From Giardia intestinalis (Eukaryota): a stretch of DNA of 64,000 bases. Position numbers and translations under genes: made by a program. Location: the NCBI GenBank assembly GCA_000002435.2, contig CM018789.1. One strand, given 5' to 3'. Below, piece by piece: positions 58,770 through 64,000 of the stretch. The notes under the pieces were generated by a model that saw nothing but the letters and a program-made list of their open reading frames with translations, had not been told where the DNA came from and ran no database searches. Each line of letters starts with the position of its first letter. The stretch's first letter is position 1.

Positions 58770-59891
58770 ATGAATGTCCACGAGAGAGCTGCAGTATTGC
58801 ATGGATCCAGGCGGGGATCGGCACTGTTAAGCAGTAACGAGCCTGCAGACACCTTTACTACATGCTACAAGCAAATCGATTTACACACAATGGCCCTGAC
58901 GGAGACGACCCTAGAGGCCGTTTTAGATGCCACGAAAATGAGCACTAGCTACTATCACAAGTTACTTTCTGTCTCTAGCTATATAACAAGGTGCAATCAC
59001 GGACTCTTTATCTTTGTTCCAGGTATGCGACTTATTATCACGAAAGAGTATGCCTATATACTATGTGAAGAAAGAGCTCCATCATCATCATCATCTCTCC
59101 AAACCACCAAATGGTATGAGGAATTGCACACTCTTCTTAAGGACTCAGCTGAAGTCTGTAATAGGCAATCTGACAAGTCCTTGGACAAGGCCCTTGTCAA
59201 CCTTTTCAATATAAGTAGTATTGGCACCGCCTCGTCTCCAGAAGCAGTTGTAACTTCAGCAGTGGTAGATTTACTTTGTAAGTGGAACGCTAAAGAGTAC
59301 GCAGCAAACAGACATCAGTTCTCCAGCGCCCGTGAGGCCAATAATCTCATTTTGATGCAGGTAGCACTTCAGCAACACGAGCAGCATATTTCGAAACTCG
59401 ACACTATTCTATACTGCGTAGACTACTTCATAAACCAGAAGTTCTTTCCTTCTAACAAAGAGGATAATGAAGCCTCTTCAGCACTGGATGAAATCATGAA
59501 TTTCTTGAAGTTCCTTAGTAGGAGTCTCTACGCCCTCAAGTATCAAATTGCAGAATATACAGAGTATTCTAACCTGTACCTCAGCAATTACAGAGATACT
59601 CTTGATCGCAAGCGCAACAAACTGATAAAGATCCAGCTACATATAACCTATATTTCGCTGGGCATCGGGTTCGTTTCTCTGATCTCAGGGATCTTTGGTA
59701 TAAACTTGATGAACTTTGCTAATTATCCCGATGAGCCTCCACTGCCTTACTTGCAGTGGAGCCAGATGGGTTCCTTTAAGCCGGTCCCCCTCTATATCAT
59801 CTGTCTTGTGTCGTTTGGGATCTTTTCTATTGTCGTAAGCATGCTCACATGGTACACGCGTGCAAAGCTGGATTATGAGGACAAGAGGTAA
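58770..59891 (+). CDS. CorA/Mrs2-like divalent-cation channel homologue with variant GIN (not GMN) signature
   Basis: True ATG at 58770. The N-terminal ~300 aa are soluble and helical. Two C-terminal TM helices are 'ITYISLGIGFVSLISGIFGINLMNF' and 'PLYIICLVSFGIFSIVVSMLTWYT', separated by a short Pro-rich loop. CorA has 'FIAGIYGMNF...WGYPIVL...KKKKWL' at the equivalent place. The tail 'RAKLDYEDKR' is basic and acidic. Confidence 0.5.
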   Translation: MNVHERAAVLHGSRRGSALLSSNEPADTFTTCYKQIDLHTMALTETTLEAVLDATKMSTSYYHKLLSVSSYITRCNHGLFIFVPGMRLIITKEYAYILCEERAPSSSSSLQTTKWYEELHTLLKDSAEVCNRQSDKSLDKALVNLFNISSIGTASSPEAVVTSAVVDLLCKWNAKEYAANRHQFSSAREANNLILMQVALQQHEQHISKLDTILYCVDYFINQKFFPSNKEDNEASSALDEIMNFLKFLSRSLYALKYQIAEYTEYSNLYLSNYRDTLDRKRNKLIKIQLHITYISLGIGFVSLISGIFGINLMNFANYPDEPPLPYLQWSQMGSFKPVPLYIICLVSFGIFSIVVSMLTWYTRAKLDYEDKR

Positions 59892-59916
59892 TAAATTCAC
59901 AGTCAGTAAAGCAGAA

Positions 59917-60306
59917 TCAGTGGATTTCTACGTGCTTCTTGAGGGCCTTCAGAGCATCCTCTGCCTTTTGGTATATCTTCTTATAGGTTTTACGGTCCTC
60001 ACCGTCCGAGGCATCCTTGCTCGGTTCCTGAAGAAGAACGACAGACGCAGTGCCCGTCGTACCAGCGGCCTCAGCAAGCGCCTTCTTGGATTTGATGAAG
60101 AAGTACGGGATGCCATTTTGTTCACAAAGCACTGGAAGGTGCGCAAAGACATAAATGGGGTGGGTATCTGCTGCGATGATGCATATGCCTTTACGACCGC
60201 GTCGGATGTACTTCGCCACCTCCTTGGTTCCCCTGGCAAGGGTCTTTGCCTCTCGGGCCCTGACAATGAGCTTTGAGGCTTTGTGTTCTACTTTCTCCTC
60301 TGCCAT
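59917..60306 (-). CDS. NHP2: NHP2/L7Ae-family RNA-binding protein (H/ACA snoRNP Nhp2-like)
   Basis: From the ATG at ~60306 (MAEEKVEHKASKL...), 129 aa. 'RGTKEVAKYIRRGRKGICIIAADTHPIYVFAHLPVLCEQNGIPYFFIKSKKALAEAAG' matches the NHP2 motif 'RGVKEVQKFVNKGEKGIMVLAGDTLPIEVYCHLPVMCEDRNLPYVYIPSKTDLGAAAG'. The ORF is open further upstream to 60525 (TTG start), but that would overlap the divergent gene at 60425. Confidence 0.7.
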   Translation of the reverse strand: MAEEKVEHKASKLIVRAREAKTLARGTKEVAKYIRRGRKGICIIAADTHPIYVFAHLPVLCEQNGIPYFFIKSKKALAEAAGTTGTASVVLLQEPSKDASDGEDRKTYKKIYQKAEDALKALKKHVEIH

Positions 60307-60424
60307 CGGAAACGTGACAGATACCGAGGACTTCATTTCGGAGGAAGTCACAGAGTGAGACATAGCCGCCAGAGCGATTTTAAAATGAGAGGTACAGAAA
60401 GAAAAAAGGTTTACGAGCGCTATC

Positions 60425-62230
60425 ATGGGCATTGCCCTGGTCCTTTTCTTGCTCTGCACCGTTGTTGGTGACTTTTCTTCTTGCTTTGCAGACAACTCCA
60501 GTTTGCAAATAGACTTGCAGAACAACGCATTTGTTTTAAAGCTATGGAAGAAGACGTCGCAGGCCAGTAAGCAATCAACGGAGAATTTGGTTTGTTACAC
60601 TTTAGACGAGCTCTATGCAGGCACTGATAACGAGTGCTTGGTGTACTCTAAGGGCTTTAATGCTACGCTCAGAAACGAATATCTATCCATGAAGACCGTA
60701 CACAACGGTGCGCCTGCAGATGAGGTCACCTTAACATTTTTGTGCCCATTCGATGAGTTCACTTGTCGTGGACTTGCGGCAGAGATTGTTTCATTCAAAT
60801 ATGCCCTTTCAGTTTACATTTCTGGTACAGCCATTGAGGTCTCCAAGAACGTCAAGACCGTTACTATCATTAGCTACGATCATTCTAATTGCTGGTCAAA
60901 CCCCTACATCATATATAACATCAATACAGACTATGACCCTACCTATCTCTGCGTCGTTGTGCTGCCCCGTGCATGCGACCTTCCAACGCGTTTACCGGTA
61001 TCTTTTTCTGCGGCATTTATTTCTGTCAAGGCCAACAACTCCCAGACCCTTTTAACAACCCTTTCCGTTACACCAGTTGATAAGGACAGTAGTGACATTA
61101 AAGATAAGGTAGGTAAGCTACCCGTTGATCTACTATTCAGCACTCCATATGTGCACTCCAGTACGGTATACTTCTGCTGCATTTGTGATCTGCTCCCCAC
61201 TACGGACGAGCAGGAGAAGTGCATATCGCAAATAGCGACGATTTCGCAAAATATCGACTTGTCGGCAGTCCTTAGTTATAGAGCTTCCTACAGCAACGGT
61301 GATATCTCAGTGAGTACTACAATCTACACATCCACATCAACGTACACAACGGCACGCTACAGCAATTGCTTTCTTGACCCTCAGGTGTGGCTTTACCCAA
61401 ATGCAGTGCAGATTCAGCTCACTCCGTCTCCCCTTCGCGATCCTGAAAATTGTAGAAACCCTATTGGATTGAGTTCTACGCACATGAGGATTGACTTGAT
61501 CAATACCAAAAACTACACTCAAATGGCCACCCAAGAAGTCCCATTAAAAGCCTTTTCGTGGGAGAAACAGACATACTGGCTGTTCTGTGAAACAGACACC
61601 TGCAATGACATTCTACGGGCTGCCCAAGGCGATCTCATTCAGCTTCAGGTAATGCAATATATTTCTTTTCTTTCTGACTCTAAAGACATTCTGGACACTG
61701 TAATCATCGCTGCTCCCAACCAGAACATAACGTGCCTAAATGGGGTGGAGATCTCTCTTTCTGAGCGCTCACTTAAGGTGCTCTTCACACTAAATACTCG
61801 CTCATGTCTGCCCCTTCAGGATACCCTTTCCCAAAGGGCTTTCTATCGAGTGGCTTTCTACGAGTCTTCCAGTCCAAATGTGGCGACTCAAAACTTTACC
61901 ATGAAGGGTAGAATGACGCGCGTCATAAATGATTACACAGTGGGGCAGGAGGTTCCAATGACATGTGCTAATGTGGACGTCTCATACACATCGATGACCT
62001 GCCGTGAGTTCTTCTCTTGGATGAGGAAGGCTGCAAAGAAGAAGACACTGGTTGCGACCATAATCTATGGAGACTTTGTCTACACCATCACCAAGATCTA
62101 CTACGACGGCTCCGGCTTTTTGATTGGGCTGTCGGTTTCCTTGGGGGCCCTCATTGCCATTGGGGCTTCTGTATACACGTATCTGAGTGTTCGGCGCTTT
62201 ATGCGGGTCATCAACAAGTTAACATTATAG
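60425..62230 (+). CDS. Hypothetical type I membrane protein (signal peptide, large ectodomain with Cys and N-glyc sites, single C-terminal TM)
   Basis: True ATG. 'MGIALVLFLLCTVVGDFSSC' is a signal peptide. C-terminal 'FLIGLSVSLGALIAIGASVYTYL' followed by 'SVRRFMRVINKLTL'. Confidence 0.55.
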   Translation: MGIALVLFLLCTVVGDFSSCFADNSSLQIDLQNNAFVLKLWKKTSQASKQSTENLVCYTLDELYAGTDNECLVYSKGFNATLRNEYLSMKTVHNGAPADEVTLTFLCPFDEFTCRGLAAEIVSFKYALSVYISGTAIEVSKNVKTVTIISYDHSNCWSNPYIIYNINTDYDPTYLCVVVLPRACDLPTRLPVSFSAAFISVKANNSQTLLTTLSVTPVDKDSSDIKDKVGKLPVDLLFSTPYVHSSTVYFCCICDLLPTTDEQEKCISQIATISQNIDLSAVLSYRASYSNGDISVSTTIYTSTSTYTTARYSNCFLDPQVWLYPNAVQIQLTPSPLRDPENCRNPIGLSSTHMRIDLINTKNYTQMATQEVPLKAFSWEKQTYWLFCETDTCNDILRAAQGDLIQLQVMQYISFLSDSKDILDTVIIAAPNQNITCLNGVEISLSERSLKVLFTLNTRSCLPLQDTLSQRAFYRVAFYESSSPNVATQNFTMKGRMTRVINDYTVGQEVPMTCANVDVSYTSMTCREFFSWMRKAAKKKTLVATIIYGDFVYTITKIYYDGSGFLIGLSVSLGALIAIGASVYTYLSVRRFMRVINKLTL

Positions 62231-62255
62231 AATTAAAATAGGTTTCTTAAGGTCT

Positions 62256-64000
62256 ATGGCGAGAAAGTGTCGCAAAAAGGAGGCCTTAAGTGAATACAAG
62301 CGTCCTACTTTCATCCGGCAAATTCTCACCTGCCTCTACAAACAGTGGCTCGCCCTAATTCAAAGCCCTCAGTCCTACATCATTATTTTCGGGGTTCCTG
62401 TCCTCACAATCTTCGTTCTTTACATAGTTCAGACTGCGATCTACTCTCAGAGTTCGTTTCTCTCGTATGCCTCTACGACATCCAAAGACTTTATCGAGAG
62501 GTTCCCATCGGACACGATTGTCTGGCCCACATGTGCTAACAGTGACCCCGAATTGATTCAGAAGCGCTGTGTTGATTTTGCCGTCTGTATTGCTGATGCT
62601 TCTGACAAGGCTGATTCGGGGACCAAAGGTGCTACTGATCTCGCTCAGACCTACGAAATTGTTAACTTCCTCATTAAGAGACACAACCTGGAGACGGTTA
62701 TCATCTATGACGAAGATTGCAGCACGTTCTTTTACGACCTCTCGGACGTCCTGCGTCCAAATGATACGGTTGTAGCCTTAAAGTTTGGTGCTTTGGAAAA
62801 GGACTCGGGCCAGAAGCCGATCAGCATCTACTCGTCATCAATGCGCTATCAGCCAAAGCTGACGCCGGACACACGCTTTGTTCACTTTGATAGCAATCGG
62901 AATATGTTTGTACCCGTCATCAAAGGGATTTATGAGGCATTTGCAGTTGTATATCAAAACGAGGCTAGTTCGTTCACAATTCCATCACCAAAGCTTGTCT
63001 CCTGGCCGCACTTGGCCTATAATGAATATAAACCGATAACCATGCTTGTCGGTATGCTTGTTACCCTGTCCTCTGCTGCACTACTTAGCTTGCTTGCTTC
63101 AATGCTGCTTTCTGACCTGTCTCATCCGTGCTGCTCTCTTATGGAGTTTCTGGGGCTCACTGTGCCTGCGCGTCTGATAGCCTGGCTCATAATAGCTATC
63201 CCCGTGGCGGTGATCCAGCCGCTCATGCTCTACGTCTCAGGTATAGTGATGAAGATCCCTCTTTATTCTAGCCTCCCTGCAAGGTTAGGGTACTTTCCTC
63301 TGTTTGTCTTCTCTTTGACGCTCATCCCTACTGCGATGCTCATCTCCGTTTGCTGCAGCAAGAACATTGCGTACCCAGCACTGCCGACAAATAACCCTAC
63401 GTCCGTTGCTACGTACATCGTTGGAATTATTACTGTCATGAGCATTATTATTCTCGCCCCCATATCCTCCACGGTTTTCAAGACCAGTGATGTCCATTCT
63501 GTTTCTGCAAGTATAAACAGCATTTTTGGCGAAAAACAAGAGGTAGGATTGCCTGTCAAGGTTACCTCGTATATTTTGCGACAAATCAACTTTGCTGTTG
63601 GACTGGCATGCTGTTCACTTGGCATCATCGATAGCAAGAATAATCTTAACTCGTTGGGCATCAACGAAAAGGAACTTTGGTGGGTTTTATGGGACGGAGT
63701 GTGGATGCTTTTAGTTGCTATCTTAATCACATGGATTAAGATTTTCATAGCAAGGACACCTTCCTGTGGAAAATGCTGCGAATCTGCGGCCAGTAAGAAG
63801 GAAAGCGTATGTAAAACCGCGTCCTCTGTTTCTAAGTCAAAGAACTCGATTGCGTCACACTTAAAGGTGGGCACCCCCCAGTTACGACTACGATCGCTGT
63901 TTGAAGATGGCAACTCTATGCATCGTAGCTCTGCGGCAGGAGAAGGCAGCAGCACAGCGTTAGGATACTCGTCGTCAAATGCCGCCATAAACCCAATACA
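62256..64000 (+). CDS. Partial CDS (C-terminus beyond right edge): multipass membrane protein, possibly ABC transporter (ABCA-like) N-terminal transmembrane domain
   Basis: Hand translation from the ATG at ~62256 (MARKCRKKEALSEYKRPTFIRQILTCLYKQWLALIQSPQSYIIIFGVPVLTIFVLY...) is open to the window end. The track lists only short sense and antisense ORFs here. TM1 is followed by a ~190-aa hydrophilic loop and then several TM helices. The N-terminal 'L.KQ.L...Q.P.....' pattern resembles ABCA starts ('LLWKNLTFRRRQ...'). This is weak. Confidence 0.5.
   Translation, partial: MARKCRKKEALSEYKRPTFIRQILTCLYKQWLALIQSPQSYIIIFGVPVLTIFVLYIVQTAIYSQSSFLSYASTTSKDFIERFPSDTIVWPTCANSDPELIQKRCVDFAVCIADASDKADSGTKGATDLAQTYEIVNFLIKRHNLETVIIYDEDCSTFFYDLSDVLRPNDTVVALKFGALEKDSGQKPISIYSSSMRYQPKLTPDTRFVHFDSNRNMFVPVIKGIYEAFAVVYQNEASSFTIPSPKLVSWPHLAYNEYKPITMLVGMLVTLSSAALLSLLASMLLSDLSHPCCSLMEFLGLTVPARLIAWLIIAIPVAVIQPLMLYVSGIVMKIPLYSSLPARLGYFPLFVFSLTLIPTAMLISVCCSKNIAYPALPTNNPTSVATYIVGIITVMSIIILAPISSTVFKTSDVHSVSASINSIFGEKQEVGLPVKVTSYILRQINFAVGLACCSLGIIDSKNNLNSLGINEKELWWVLWDGVWMLLVAILITWIKIFIARTPSCGKCCESAASKKESVCKTASSVSKSKNSIASHLKVGTPQLRLRSLFEDGNSMHRSSAAGEGSSTALGYSSSNAAINPI

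Noticed and set aside
63263-63988. 241-aa minus-strand ORF at the right edge
   Set aside because: It is antisense to a longer open frame (62256..64000+) that contains multiple TM helices. It is probably spurious.
1-64000. Prokaryotic or viral interpretations (operons, CRISPR, phage, giant-virus island)
   Set aside because: The window has an intron-containing tRNA-Tyr of eukaryotic type. It has no Shine-Dalgarno-linked co-directional operons. Its gene set is eukaryote-specific (delta-tubulin, FG nucleoporin, prenyltransferase alpha, Pol delta with CysA/CysB clusters). I saw no CRISPR-like direct-repeat arrays, integrase-like genes or terminal inverted repeats.

Overview
The window is gene-dense eukaryotic nuclear DNA. 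I see no bacterial operons, CRISPR arrays, rRNA or obvious transposons.

What supports this reading:
- About 33 long ORFs without introns alternate between the two strands.
- Spacers between genes are mostly 7-50 bp, and several convergent gene ends overlap.
- Short AT-rich stretches sit immediately upstream of the ATG start codons.
- A tRNA-Tyr(GUA) gene carries an 11-nt intron, which is the eukaryotic arrangement.
- The protein families are the set typical of diplomonads: NEK-kinase domains fused to ankyrin repeats, ankyrin plus coiled-coil proteins, and CXXC-rich membrane proteins. This points to a Giardia-like organism. The organism call is inference only; overall GC is about 45% with two sharp GC-rich islands.

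Genes recognisable by motif:
- DNA polymerase delta catalytic subunit (FDIE exonuclease motif, DFNSLYP, YGDTDS, C-terminal Cys clusters).
- Delta-tubulin, lying 8 bp from a convergent ARL-family GTPase.
- Protein prenyltransferase alpha subunit.
- A PA2G4/EBP1-like protein with an M24 fold.
- A copine-type vWA protein.
- An NHP2/L7Ae-family protein.
- An FG-repeat nucleoporin resembling Nup62/Nsp1.
- A CorA/Mrs2-like protein whose motif reads GIN rather than GMN.
- A leucine-rich-repeat protein.
- A 2831-aa multipass membrane protein with adenylyl-cyclase-like domains.
- Two CXXC high-cysteine proteins, one truncated at the left edge.
- An ABC-transporter-like membrane protein truncated at the right edge.

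Most notable observations:
- Two cathepsin C-like paralogues lie inverted about 9.5 kb apart. They share a nearly identical 239-bp tract that is very GC-rich. The tract encodes the active-site region with Ser in place of the catalytic Cys.
- A three-member coiled-coil family has an unassigned conserved N-terminal domain; two members are tandem.
- A second GC-rich island of about 300 bp lies immediately downstream of the tRNA.

Coordinate caveats: many starts in the ORF track are TTG or GTG codons. Where I could check, I moved the start to the first in-frame ATG. Coordinates I derived by hand may be off by 1-2 nt.
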